From an uncultured Parachlamydiaceae bacterium (lineage in GTDB: Bacteria; Chlamydiota; Chlamydiia; Chlamydiales; Parachlamydiaceae), in contig CAVULX010000003.1 in NCBI GenBank assembly GCA_963742415.1, positions 480,001 to 544,000 of the forward strand: DNA of 64,000 bases, read 5' to 3'. The translations under genes were made by a program, and so were the position numbers. How positions within the stretch are numbered: the stretch's first letter is position 1; the number at the start of each line of letters is the position of its first letter. A model generated the notes under the pieces. It saw only the letters and a list, made by a program, of their open reading frames with translations. It had not been told where the DNA came from and did not search any database. Of the stretch, positions 10,393 through 20,814 are shown piece by piece.

Positions 10393-11144
10393 TTTAACCG
10401 CTCTGGATAAAAATGGATTTCCAAGTCGCCTGCCGAAACAAAAGAATCGGCATAGGGAGTAAAGTGGATAGATTTTAACACTTGTTCAGCCAATAGTTCC
10501 ATTTCTTGGCTTTTTTCCTGGTGTTTAGATTCATACCAAAAGATCGATCCTGTTTGATCGTCGACTTTAACAGCAAAAGAAGCTCTGAAAGATAGAGGAT
10601 GACCCACTTTTTTTAAATCGTTTAAAGCATTATCGATTAAAGAGTTTTCTAGGGATATTCGGTGAGCCAAGAGTCCAAATGCATAAACTTGAATGGGCTC
10701 TTTTACAGAGTTTGGGGAGGAAAAAGTGAGAAAGTCGATGGGGTAGAGGTCGGCGCTCTTGATTTCTTCAAAGGGCTTTCTGAACACAGCTTTCTCAGTA
10801 AGTACCGGCGCGGGTAAGGGGGAATGAATGATAACACTTGGTATTGCGGGAGAAGAACTGCGGGGCTCTTTAACAAACTTGTAATGGGTTTCATCTTGAG
10901 CAATTTGAGCCGTGACAATCGGATCCGAATTAATAAAAATATCTGTCTCAACGTTGACTGGAGGGATATGCACATGACTGCCCAGCACTTTGAATGCGCT
11001 AACATGAAAAAGGAAAAAAGCCAAGAGGTGCAATCCAATGGCAAGCGCCAACGCTTGGATCAATGTCCGGTTGAAAAACCTTGCTTGTTTCCGAAATGTG
11101 ATCGAGAGCTCTAACGATTTTGAAACTTTTTCTAGTTTTAGCAT
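10389..11144 (-). CDS. putative TonB/TolA-like energy transducer
   Basis: single TM with conserved His (AIGLHLL), Pro-rich linker, downstream of exbB/exbD. Confidence 0.55.
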   Translation of the reverse strand: MLKLEKVSKSLELSITFRKQARFFNRTLIQALALAIGLHLLAFFLFHVSAFKVLGSHVHIPPVNVETDIFINSDPIVTAQIAQDETHYKFVKEPRSSSPAIPSVIIHSPLPAPVLTEKAVFRKPFEEIKSADLYPIDFLTFSSPNSVKEPIQVYAFGLLAHRISLENSLIDNALNDLKKVGHPLSFRASFAVKVDDQTGSIFWYESKHQEKSQEMELLAEQVLKSIHFTPYADSFVSAGDLEIHFYPERLK

Positions 11145-11156
11145 AAAAAAAACCTG

Positions 11157-11603
11157 CTAAAAATATTCACTTTCAAGGTTTTCATCAGGACGAAAGACCA
11201 AACGGATACGGTGGCCAGTTTCTTGAGCAATGGAAAATAACCGAAGGAATGAACCATATTCAACTCTTCGATCCACGCTAAGGACAATTGAAGGAATTCC
11301 TCCTGGATGCTGCTTCTTCAATAAGGCTATTTCTTCATTTAAATTTTTACTTAACGAACCCAAGTCGACGATCGCCTTTTTGGAACCGACATAGATCACA
11401 TTTTGAGCATCCATGACAACGAGGATTTGTGTTGTCAAAGGAGCTGAATCTTTGTGGAGTTTAGGGTTTTCAATATGAAGGGATTTCAAAGGCAAAATAT
11501 CGGAAGTGATAATGAAAAAAATCAACATTAAAAAAACAACATCCACAAGGGGAGTAAGATCTATCAAATTAAAAGAGGTTTTAAGATTCGTTTTGAATTG
11601 CAT
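11157..11603 (-). CDS. exbD: biopolymer transporter ExbD/TolR
   Basis: DLTPLVDVVFLMLIFFII signature. Confidence 0.9.
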   Translation of the reverse strand: MQFKTNLKTSFNLIDLTPLVDVVFLMLIFFIITSDILPLKSLHIENPKLHKDSAPLTTQILVVMDAQNVIYVGSKKAIVDLGSLSKNLNEEIALLKKQHPGGIPSIVLSVDRRVEYGSFLRLFSIAQETGHRIRLVFRPDENLESEYF

Positions 11604-11606
11604 CTT

Positions 11607-12269
11607 TTAATAAAAATCCTCTTGTTCCTTGTGGATCAGGAGATCGATGATCTCAGAAGAGGTGGTTTGTATTTCTAAGACAAATCCCTCTATACGGCTC
11701 ACAATGTAATTATAAGCAAGGACAGAGGGGATCGCCACAACTAACCCTGCAGCCGTTGTCACCAATGCATATTCCATCGCTTCTCCAATCCGCGTTGCCG
11801 AGATATCGACAAGCCCGCTTGTCCTCATTTCAGCAAAGGCTTGAATAAATCCGAGGACTGTCCCTAGCAATCCAATTAAAGGTGCTATGTGAGCAATAAT
11901 AGATAAAATTTTGGCATTTTTTTCCAACTGCGCGATCTCAATCAACCCTGAGATTTCCATGGCATTTTCAATTTGTTCTTTTTTTCGATTGTGTTTGAGA
12001 AGCCCTGTTTTGAGGATATTTGCAATCGTCCCGCCGGTTGTTTCACAAATTTGAATCGCTTCGACGAGGTTTCCCTCTTTGATCGATTTTCGTAAACTGA
12101 GAATAAGTTTGTTCGTATCGATTTCGGATTTGCGCAAATGCATGAAACGTTCGATAAAAATAGCAAAACTAAAGATGGAACAGACAATTAGAACAATTAA
12201 AATGATATTCCAATTGGTATTATATTGAAATAAGTTGACTAAAGATCCTAAAAATTGATTAATTTCCAT
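11607..12269 (-). CDS. exbB: MotA/TolQ/ExbB proton channel protein
   Basis: APLIGLLGTVLG and ALVTTAAGLVVAIP. Confidence 0.92.
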   Translation of the reverse strand: MEINQFLGSLVNLFQYNTNWNIILIVLIVCSIFSFAIFIERFMHLRKSEIDTNKLILSLRKSIKEGNLVEAIQICETTGGTIANILKTGLLKHNRKKEQIENAMEISGLIEIAQLEKNAKILSIIAHIAPLIGLLGTVLGFIQAFAEMRTSGLVDISATRIGEAMEYALVTTAAGLVVAIPSVLAYNYIVSRIEGFVLEIQTTSSEIIDLLIHKEQEDFY

Positions 12270-15063
12270 TGGATTTACTTGTTTGTAATTTTTGTTTTGC
12301 CTTCATGGCCCATTCTCCCCCTTTTTTAGAGGTCGCCTCCAATTGCTTTCGAGCCAACTCTTGCCTCCCTTGCATTTCGTAAATTTCGGCACGCAAGTAC
12401 ATGGCTTTAACGCGGAGGCTCGAAATTGCATCATCGTTAATAACTTTTGATAAAATCAGCATCGCTTTGTCCATCTCCTTCAAAGCTTTATAACATAAAC
12501 TTTGTTGAATCAAAAGATCGATTTTTTGATCTGTATTTAAAATTTTTCCTTTTCCGGCATCTTCCGAATGGACAAAATATTGCAGAGCCTCTGAATATTG
12601 ATCATGCCGCATCGCCATTATCCCTACTTCATATAGGACCCTGGATAAAAAATACCCTCGCGTAATTTTTGCTGTCTTGTACCTTTCTAGCATCTCTGTG
12701 AAAATCTTTGCTGCTTTGTCATCTTCTTCCGATTTGATGCAAGCCTGCGCTAACCAAAAGGTCCCTTCTTCTAAAAATTGAGGGTACGCCTCAAGAAAAC
12801 GGAGATGTTTTAGATACGCGTGGTCGGGAGTATTGAAATCTTTGACAATTTGATTTAAAACTTCTGCAGCATATTCCAAAAAAATTTTTCTTTTCGCACC
12901 TTGCGATTCATCAGCGATGGCCATATTGGACAAAGCCCGTTCCAAAGTGGCGTGGTAACGAACTTTAATAAAGTAATTTAAATCCTCTAAGGGAATTTCG
13001 TTCTTTTCATACAATGTATCAAAAGCCGCTTCAGCATTATGCAAAGCTTCGATAGCATCATTCATATTTTTTTTACGGATCCACCTACCTTCTAGAGACT
13101 TACGATCCCTTTTAAAATCCATTCCCATAAGATAGTAAGCATTGACAATATAAGGAGATTGGGAAAATTTTTCCGCCATCCCTTGCAAATGTTTGATAGC
13201 TGCACGATCCCCTTGCAAGTATTCTTTGTAGGGGTAATAAAAAAAATAAGCTTCAGCCGCATATTTTGATTGGGGGTATTGATCGAAGATTTGTTGCCTA
13301 AGCTGCTTGCTTTTTTGACTGCCCAGTTCGTGAGCATCACAACTTTTAGCTGCCCAAAATAAGGCTTCTGCTGTCGTTTCTGGACTAAATTGTTTGTTGG
13401 CTAATTCGCTGAAAATCATCTCGGCTTGTGGATAGTGTTTATTTTGATAAGCGGCAAGTCCCAAAAGGTGGAGCATTTTATCTGCGGCTTGATGTTGCGG
13501 ATATTCTTTTAACCCCTTTGATAGAATTTCTTCAGCAAGATGTATATAATTTTCTTTCTCTCCAAATTGAGCTAATTGAAACGCAATAAGACCATGTAAA
13601 TAATAAAACTGTCCAGGTTCTGAAGCATCCTTAATGATCCCCGCGTTATCTTGAGAAATCCGATTAAAGACACGAAGGGCATATTGTAGAGTTTCCTCTT
13701 CCGGTTTTTGCAAACAAGCTTCAGCCAAATGGAGAACTGATAACTCAGCCAGTTTTTTATCTTTCTTTTTTAACTGCTCAAACGCTTTTTCAAACGATAA
13801 AGCGGCTTTGAAAAAACCCTTTTTGACCTCCCCTTCCTTTTGAGCTTTGAAAACATTCAACGCAATTTGATATTCGTTTAATCCCCGGTAATACCAACCG
13901 ATGGAATAAAACGGGGTCGATTTGTATTCATCCTGCGTCAATTGCCTATATATATCCTCACGGTCTTGGAGATTGGAAGCTAACTCGGCCCTCAAAAATA
14001 AAGCTTGTGCTTGCGCATCCAAACTGGAAAATAAAATTTGATTTTCTAATATTTGCACCGCTTTCCTTGCGGCTTCGCTGCTACCGGTTTTTTTCGCTTT
14101 AGTTAAATACAATTGCCCTAGAGCCAAATGGAGGTTCTCGTCGGAATGTTCGTTAACTAACTGAAGGAAAGAAGCTTCGGCACGGTCCATGCAATGGTTT
14201 TCTTCAATTGGACTCCCCCCTTTCTCAGCTTGATGTAAATAACACCATCCCGTTTGATATAGGGCCTCCGTTTGCCACGGTTTTTCCCCTTTGCCCTGTT
14301 TCAAAGACCGTTCAAACATGAGAGCTGCGCGTGGATAATCTTGCAACGAATAGAGAAGATTTCCATAACTGTATAAAATTTGATCATACAAAGGAAATTC
14401 AACTGTTGAATCCTTTTCAAGGGCTGCTAAAATTTTTTCAGCTTCTTTCAAGTTCCCTTGTGCTTGAGCGATTGAAACCAAAAGCAAGCGGGAATGGACA
14501 TAGAGTTCTCGATTCTCTGTTTGCTGGAGATTTTCGAAATGTTTTTTTGCCGAATCTAATTGTCCAAGAGAGTGGTAAGCTGAACCCAATTCAAAAAGGG
14601 CTAAATCATAGAAAGGCAACTCTTTTTTTTCTCCTAACTTTAGATAGGCATTGAAAACTTGAACCGCTTTATCGTATTGTTTTAAGTTTTTGTAAGCCAA
14701 TCCTAGCAGATGGAGACCCATTTGATGCAGATTTTTATCGAATTCATTCTCATTTAAATTTGAAATTTGTGAACTTTCTCCTACGCCCTGGAGTAATGAG
14801 ATGATTGTATAATAATCTTTTTTGCCATAACAAGTTTGAGCCAATTTTAAACGTATATATTGTTCGTCTGCAAACGTAAGATTTAATTCCCCTTTTTCTG
14901 AAGCATCTAATAAATCTTGATATAAAATAGCTGCCTCATCAAAAAGAGTCGCTTGCAGCAATTCGTCTGCTCTTTCCCATTTTTCATGCAGGTTTTCATC
15001 CCCAAAGACACACCCGAAAGCAAAAAAACAAATAAAATGTAAAACCCTAAAAAAATAAATCAT
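12259..15063 (-). CDS. exported tetratricopeptide-repeat protein
   Basis: signal peptide; many TPR-like helical pairs (LALFELGSAY, ILYSYGNLLY, EALFWAA). Confidence 0.85.
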   Translation of the reverse strand: MIYFFRVLHFICFFAFGCVFGDENLHEKWERADELLQATLFDEAAILYQDLLDASEKGELNLTFADEQYIRLKLAQTCYGKKDYYTIISLLQGVGESSQISNLNENEFDKNLHQMGLHLLGLAYKNLKQYDKAVQVFNAYLKLGEKKELPFYDLALFELGSAYHSLGQLDSAKKHFENLQQTENRELYVHSRLLLVSIAQAQGNLKEAEKILAALEKDSTVEFPLYDQILYSYGNLLYSLQDYPRAALMFERSLKQGKGEKPWQTEALYQTGWCYLHQAEKGGSPIEENHCMDRAEASFLQLVNEHSDENLHLALGQLYLTKAKKTGSSEAARKAVQILENQILFSSLDAQAQALFLRAELASNLQDREDIYRQLTQDEYKSTPFYSIGWYYRGLNEYQIALNVFKAQKEGEVKKGFFKAALSFEKAFEQLKKKDKKLAELSVLHLAEACLQKPEEETLQYALRVFNRISQDNAGIIKDASEPGQFYYLHGLIAFQLAQFGEKENYIHLAEEILSKGLKEYPQHQAADKMLHLLGLAAYQNKHYPQAEMIFSELANKQFSPETTAEALFWAAKSCDAHELGSQKSKQLRQQIFDQYPQSKYAAEAYFFYYPYKEYLQGDRAAIKHLQGMAEKFSQSPYIVNAYYLMGMDFKRDRKSLEGRWIRKKNMNDAIEALHNAEAAFDTLYEKNEIPLEDLNYFIKVRYHATLERALSNMAIADESQGAKRKIFLEYAAEVLNQIVKDFNTPDHAYLKHLRFLEAYPQFLEEGTFWLAQACIKSEEDDKAAKIFTEMLERYKTAKITRGYFLSRVLYEVGIMAMRHDQYSEALQYFVHSEDAGKGKILNTDQKIDLLIQQSLCYKALKEMDKAMLILSKVINDDAISSLRVKAMYLRAEIYEMQGRQELARKQLEATSKKGGEWAMKAKQKLQTSKSNGN

Positions 15064-15101
15064 TCTAAATCCATTTAAATAACGGCAACGTGATGCAAAC
15101 C

Positions 15102-15195
15102 TGTCGTCCTTACAGGACTCCTTAATTTGTAATTCATACCCAGGCCTGGCGGCCTGGGTATGAATTACAAATTAAGGAGTCCTGTAAGGACGACA
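15102..15195. repeat. perfect 45-bp inverted repeat with 4-nt loop (REP-like)
   Basis: 15102-15146 is the exact reverse complement of 15151-15195; loop tggc. Confidence 0.97.
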
Positions 15196-15691
15196 TAAAA
15201 TTTCAACATCGCGTAAGACAAGAATAGAAGAGGTTCGAGAAAGATAAAAGAGGAAAAATGGGTCTTTCTAAAAAATTGCAGTCGAATTCCTCTTTGATAA
15301 AATCTCTTATTTTGAGTCCTTTTTTCCCTTTCTACAGTTTGATTTAAAACTGCAAAAGGCCCTCCTTTGTTTGGCAATTTATGCTAGAAGGGATAAAAAT
15401 AGTTTCCAGATTTTGCCCATCTTCTTGGCCCCGATTTTTTTTTTTTAGATTTTAGGCATGGATTAAAACCAATCTTTTTTTTAAAAAATTTATTTATATA
15501 TTTCTTGTAATGTTGCTTTTGGCCATATTCTAAAGGCACAGTTGTTTATTAAAAATGGATAAAAAAATGAAGGCAATCAATGAAGAAAAATAAGAAATTT
15601 TAACGTTATAAAAGAAAAGTGTTGCACAATGTATCCAAAAATTGATATTCAATGAATTGTCATGAAACACTAAATTTAGGAGGTTATAAAC

Positions 15692-16021
15692 ATGGCATTG
15701 AACGTAACTTGCAAACATATGTGCGATCTTTTATGCCACATTTCAAATGATTTGGGCAAAGCAGAAAAAGGAAACAAAGCTGCTGCGCAAAGAGTTCGAA
15801 CAGGAACTGTCAAACTTGAAAAAATAGCAAAAATGTATCGCAAAGAATCGATCAAATCAGAAAAAGCGAACAAAGGTCAAAAGAAAGCGAAAAAAGCGAA
15901 GCCAAAAGCAAAAGCTAAATCTGCAAAAGTAAAAGCACACCCAAAAGCAAAAGCTCACAAAGCAAAGCCTCGCGCTCTGAGCCTTAGAAGACCAACAGCT
16001 AAACTTCCAAGAAGAAGATAA
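15692..16021 (+). CDS. hctA: histone H1-like protein Hc1
   Basis: KAEKGNKAAAQRVRT...KLEKIAKMYRKESIK core, Lys/Ala-rich tail, RBS AGGAGG. Confidence 0.95.
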   Translation: MALNVTCKHMCDLLCHISNDLGKAEKGNKAAAQRVRTGTVKLEKIAKMYRKESIKSEKANKGQKKAKKAKPKAKAKSAKVKAHPKAKAHKAKPRALSLRRPTAKLPRRR

Positions 16022-16048
16022 GCAGTTCTTGTTTTTTTATCCGAAATG

Positions 16049-16078
16049 AAATGCAGCCTACAAGGCTGCATTTTTTTT
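16049..16078 (+). terminator. Rho-independent terminator of hctA
   Basis: aaatgcagcct-aca-aggctgcattt stem followed by a T run. Confidence 0.9.
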
Positions 16079-16136
16079 GTTCTTTTCTTTTTCATTTTTT
16101 TCTTTTATATTTTTACCTTTAACTTTGCAGAAACAG

Positions 16137-17581
16137 ATGAACAAAAAGAAAGAACGGCCTCTCGTCGAGGTTGACATTACAAAGTTATCCTTAAAAGGAA
16201 ATGGACTCGGCACTTTTCATGGAGGCGATGGAACTCCCCGTGAAATCGAAATCCCTTTTGCTATCCCTGGAGATAAAGTCCACGCTCGAGTAGTTCATAA
16301 AAGAAGAAAAAAATGGAAAGGAATATTAGAAGAAGTGCTCACCCCTTCCGAAGAAAGGGTTTTGCACCGTTGCATCCATTTTGGTTCTTGCGGCGGCTGC
16401 CGCTGGCAGCAAATGGATTATCATAAACAACTAGACTACAAGCAAAATTTTGTGAGACACTGCTTTGCTTCTTTGCTCACACATCAAGTTGAAATTTTTC
16501 CTATACTCCCATGCCTTCCCCCTTGGAACTACCGCAATAAGATGGAATTCAGTTTTTCCAGCAATGCTGCCCAAGAACACTTTTTAGGGCTTGTTCTCGA
16601 TTCAAGCAAAGGGAAGGTTTTCAACTTGACGGAATGCCATTTGGTCAACAGTTGGTTTGAACAAGGGGTGAAAGCCATCCGAAAGTGGTGGAAAGAATCT
16701 AAACTAGACGCTTTTCACCCTTTTCGCAATACAGGTTCGCTGCGCACAATCACTTTTCGGGAAGGGATGCAAACAGGCGATCGGATGGTTATTTTGACTG
16801 TATCAGGCAATCCCGATTTTGCCTTGAAAAAGCATCATCTGGAAAGCTTTATTGCTTACCTTCGGGATGCCATTGAACCACTGGAACCGGCAAGTTATCT
16901 GAGCCTTTTTCTCCGCATTCAACAAACAGCAAAAGGGATGGCGACCAATTTTTACGAAATGCAGCTTTATGGACCTGATCATATTCGTGAAATTTTACAC
17001 GTCACACCTGATCTAACACAAAATCCTTTGTCCCTCTTATTTAAGATTAGCCCTTCAGCATTCTTTCAACCAAATACAAAACAAGCCGAGCAACTTTATT
17101 CAAAAGCTCTTCAGCTTTTGACAATACCCAAGGGGGCTATCATCTATGATCTGTACTGTGGAACAGGGAGTTTAGGGATTTGCGCGGCTAAGCTAGCAAA
17201 ACAAGTGATTGGAATTGAACTTTCACCCGAATCTTCTTTAGATGCCAAAAATAATATCGCTAATAACGGTTTTGACAACATAGAGATTCTGTGTGGATCG
17301 GTTTGTGAAACATTAGTTCAAATCCGCAATGAGAATCGCCTCCCCCTCCTGACATCGTCATGATAGACCCTCCAAGGGCTGGGTTAGAACCCAAAGCGAT
17401 GGAAGAAATTCTTCATCTAAATCCTGCTCAAATCCTCTACATCTCTTGTAATCCGCTCACGCAAGCTGAAAACATATCTACCTTGACAGCCCATGGATAC
17501 CGCTTACGTTGCTTGCAACCTGTAGACCAATTTCCTCAAACGCCCCATGTCGAAAATATTGCCATATTGGAACGGCTATAA
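16137..17581 (+). CDS. rlmD: 23S rRNA (uracil-C5)-methyltransferase, split by a 1-nt frameshift near 17342-17348
   Basis: TRAM domain, CxHFGSCGGC, YRNKMEFSF, AFFQPN and DLYCGTG in ORF1; DPPRAG, YISCNP and DQFPQTPHVE in ORF2; one added C in the C-run joins them (RLPPPDIVMIDPPRAG). Confidence 0.9.
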
Positions 17582-18685
17582 ATGATGCGATTCAATATTC
17601 AAAAAAAAGATCCCCATTCTAAAGCCAGATTGGGAACGATCGAGACCGCCCACGGTTTAATAGAAACGCCTGTTTTTATGCCTGTCGGAACCCGCGGCGC
17701 TGTCAAAACAGTGACAAACGAACAGTTAGAAGACTTAGACGCCCAGATTATCTTAGGCAACACCTATCATCTCATGCTTCGCCCCGGTGTGGATATCTTA
17801 AAAAAGGCGGGGGGTTTGCACCTTTTTATGAAATGGCCCCGTCCTATACTTACAGATTCGGGAGGATACCAAGTTTTTTCTCTCGCAAGTTTAAATAAAG
17901 TGACTGCTGAAGGGGTTTATTTTCAATCCCACATCGATGGCTCTAGCCATTTTTTGGGACCTGAAGAAAGCATGATGATTCAAAAAACGATCGGATCCGA
18001 TATTGTCATGGCTTTTGACGAATGCACACCATTTCCATGTGAAAAGCATGAAGTTGAACAAGCCTTATTTAGAACCCATCGTTGGGCCAAGCAATGCCGA
18101 GATTACGCTTTGCAACCCCATCAAAATTTATTCGGTATTGTCCAAGGGGGAATTTATTCAGACTTGAGGCAGCAATCTGCCCAGGCTCTGACGCAATTGG
18201 ATTTTGATGGCTATGCCATTGGAGGTCTTTCCGTAGGGGAACCCATTCCGATGATGTATGAAATGATCGATGTGGTCGAGCCGTTGCTTCCCCAAGAAAA
18301 ACCCCGGTATTTAATGGGAGTTGGAACTCCCCGCAATATCATTGAAGCTGTCATGCGGGGCGTGGATATGTTCGATTGCGTCATGCCCACGCGCAATGCG
18401 CGCAACGGAACAGCCTTTACATGGGCGGGCAAGCTTGTGATCAAAGCAGGACGTTACGCGGAAGATTTCTCCCCACTTGATCCGATCCTTAACGCTTATC
18501 CTTCCCAATTTAGCAAAGCCTATATCCGCCATTTGTTAAATGTTCAGGAGATCACAGGCTTGACTTTGATGACCTTGCAAAATCTAGCCTTTTATCTTGA
18601 TTTCATGCGCCAGTTGAGGCAATCTATAGCTAGCGGAACGTTGTCAACATTTTACCAACAGATCTGCTCAATCTATCCAAATTAA
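17582..18685 (+). CDS. tgt: tRNA-guanine transglycosylase
   Basis: TPVFMPVGT, LGNTYHL, TDSGGYQVFSL, FDCVMPTRNARNG. Confidence 0.97.
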   Translation: MMRFNIQKKDPHSKARLGTIETAHGLIETPVFMPVGTRGAVKTVTNEQLEDLDAQIILGNTYHLMLRPGVDILKKAGGLHLFMKWPRPILTDSGGYQVFSLASLNKVTAEGVYFQSHIDGSSHFLGPEESMMIQKTIGSDIVMAFDECTPFPCEKHEVEQALFRTHRWAKQCRDYALQPHQNLFGIVQGGIYSDLRQQSAQALTQLDFDGYAIGGLSVGEPIPMMYEMIDVVEPLLPQEKPRYLMGVGTPRNIIEAVMRGVDMFDCVMPTRNARNGTAFTWAGKLVIKAGRYAEDFSPLDPILNAYPSQFSKAYIRHLLNVQEITGLTLMTLQNLAFYLDFMRQLRQSIASGTLSTFYQQICSIYPN

Positions 18686-18702
18686 AACTTGGGAAGTTTA
18701 CA

Positions 18703-19116
18703 ATGAAAAAAATGACTTATATTTTGATTTGCATCCAAACTTTTTGCTTTTCTCACGGACTGTTTGCTCAAAATGATAATGGAGATGTCCCCCCTCCTCG
18801 GGATCAGGGGCTTTGGCAAACGCTCTTCATGGTAGCTATTGCGCTGTTTTTCTTCTATTTTATCTTGTGGAGACCTGAGCAAAAGCGGCGCAGAGCGATG
18901 GAAGATCAACGGAGTTCCCTTAAAAAGGGGGATAAAGTGACCGCGATGGGGATCATCGGCACGGTCATCCGGATTCAAGAACAAACAGTTATCTTAAAGA
19001 TGTATGATGGGTCCAAAATCGAATTTCTAAAAGGTGCTATTAATGAGATCATCCCCGGCAGCGAAGAGGATGCAAAAAAAGCGGAAAAAGAGGATAAGAA
19101 TCTTCAAGCACCCTAA
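18703..19116 (+). CDS. yajC: preprotein translocase subunit YajC
   Basis: FFYFILWRPEQKRR, LKKGDKVTAMGIIGTV; follows tgt. Confidence 0.93.
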   Translation: MKKMTYILICIQTFCFSHGLFAQNDNGDVPPPRDQGLWQTLFMVAIALFFFYFILWRPEQKRRRAMEDQRSSLKKGDKVTAMGIIGTVIRIQEQTVILKMYDGSKIEFLKGAINEIIPGSEEDAKKAEKEDKNLQAP

Positions 19117-19136
19117 AGAAGTCGAAAAGGAGCTTA

Positions 19137-19805
19137 ATGGATATAGATGACGCCGTCAAAAGAAAGGCGATGGTAGAAGAGCAGCTGCGCCGAAGAAGCA
19201 TCAAAGATGAAGCTGTTTTAAAAGCCATGCTCGAGGTTCCCCGCCACGCTTTTGTTCCTGAAAAAATGCGTCATTATGCCTATGAAGACGGCCCTCTCCC
19301 TGTGGGGTTTGGACAAACGATCAGCCAGCCCTACATTGTTGCTTTGATGACCCAAGCCGCCGAAGTGAATCCCCAATCGACTGTATTAGAAATTGGAACC
19401 GGTTCCGGCTATCAAGCTGCGATTTTGTCCCGCATCGCCAAAGAAGTTTATACGATTGAACGGATAAAACCTTTGGCCGATCATGCCGAAGCGGTTATCC
19501 GGGAATTGAAATATGATAATGTGCATATTAAATTTGGGGATGGAACACTTGGGTGGCCGGAAAAAGGTCCTTATGACGCTATTGTTGTGACCGCAGGAGC
19601 TCCTATTATTCCGGAATCTTTTATGTCCCAGTTGAAACCTGGCGGCCGCGTCATCATTCCCGTCGGCGATGCCATCAGCCAAGAGCTTTGGCGCCTCCGA
19701 AAGCAGACGGCTACGAATACTTATTCTCGAGAATTGTTGGAATTTGTGCGCTTTGTTCCTCTCATCGGCAAAGAAGGCTGGAAAGAAGAAGAGGAAATTT
19801 GGTAG
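19137..19805 (+). CDS. pcm: protein-L-isoaspartate O-methyltransferase
   Basis: VPRHAFVP, GQTISQPYIVA, LEIGTGSGYQAA, VRFVPL. Confidence 0.97.
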   Translation: MDIDDAVKRKAMVEEQLRRRSIKDEAVLKAMLEVPRHAFVPEKMRHYAYEDGPLPVGFGQTISQPYIVALMTQAAEVNPQSTVLEIGTGSGYQAAILSRIAKEVYTIERIKPLADHAEAVIRELKYDNVHIKFGDGTLGWPEKGPYDAIVVTAGAPIIPESFMSQLKPGGRVIIPVGDAISQELWRLRKQTATNTYSRELLEFVRFVPLIGKEGWKEEEEIW

Positions 19806-19823
19806 CCAATTCTTCAGGCAAAA

Positions 19824-20000
19824 GAGTCCTGTAAGGTCGCTGGAGTTTGGACATTTTGTGAAATTTTTTTTACATTATGATATCTCTTTCGCCGCTACCG
19901 CGGCTCCCTATTTATTGTACAGTTTCCCCACGTTTCAGCCTGCGCTTCGCGCATGGCTTTCACGCGGGGGCTCCCCACTTACCTCCCTTCCGGGAGGTTT
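19824..20000. repeat. GC-rich cluster of hairpins (degenerate REP-like); the last hairpin may terminate the operon
   Basis: gagtcctgtaagg shared with the 15102 palindrome; gccgctaccgcggc; ccccacg...cgcgggg; acctccc-ttc-gggaggt-ttt at 19981-20000. Confidence 0.55.
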
Positions 20001-20141
20001 TGCCACTTCTCATAGAATTGCAAAACACTCTTAGTAATAAAAACTAATTTAATATTATTACAAATCTTAATAATTTCTTAATAATTTTTGTATATAATTC
20101 CGGCAATAACATAACTTAAATAACACAAATGAGGTAATTAC

Positions 20142-20762
20142 ATGATTCATATAACTCATCATATAAACAATATAAGTAATTCGGTTCCACTTAGCAAATT
20201 AGTGACAACTGCAGGGCTCTTAGGAGGAATTGCAGCCACATTTAATATAATGGGTGTTGAGGCTTTAAAAAATAACATTAATACAATGAGTGATTATGAT
20301 TTTAATGATCTTAAAAGTAAAAGAATTTATAATATAGGAAGAACTTTTGTTACTTGGATTGATTATCCTCAATCGATACTAGCTGGAATTATTGCGACTA
20401 AAATTTTGCCAAAAAAATATGGGATAATTTGTTTGGCGGGATTTGTTGGGGTTCCCTTAGCATTAAAATCAATTATTCAAATCTCTGAAGTAAATGGACG
20501 CGTTTACCGTATTGCTCAATCATGTGACAATGTTATGCGCATTCTAGCTAAAATGATGAACTGCACTGGGGCTATAGGGGAATTGCATTCGAAAGTAAAA
20601 GCCAAGATTCCCTATAATTTCTGGTATGCCTGGAGTGTTTTAGATGCGGTTTCACAAACGCTTTCATTATTTCAAGAGGTAAAGGATACTTATGACTTTT
20701 TTTCGTCGAATTCTAGTGATCGCTTTTCCTGGTTAGCATTGAGGAGAGGCATACAGGATTAA
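20142..20762 (+). CDS. AT-rich hypothetical membrane protein
   Basis: 206-aa ORF with RBS GAGGT, hydrophobic segments and a very AT-rich upstream region. Confidence 0.7.
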   Translation: MIHITHHINNISNSVPLSKLVTTAGLLGGIAATFNIMGVEALKNNINTMSDYDFNDLKSKRIYNIGRTFVTWIDYPQSILAGIIATKILPKKYGIICLAGFVGVPLALKSIIQISEVNGRVYRIAQSCDNVMRILAKMMNCTGAIGELHSKVKAKIPYNFWYAWSVLDAVSQTLSLFQEVKDTYDFFSSNSSDRFSWLALRRGIQD

Positions 20763-20814
20763 AATGGAGGCAATAAAGCCCTATTTTCTTATTGATTCGG
20801 GGCAGTTTAGCGTG

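Noticed and set aside
15165-15873. Short minus-strand ORFs around the hctA promoter
   Set aside because: AT-rich promoter DNA or antisense shadows of hctA
19669-20034. 121-aa ORF after pcm
   Set aside because: Overlaps pcm out of frame and runs through the hairpin cluster
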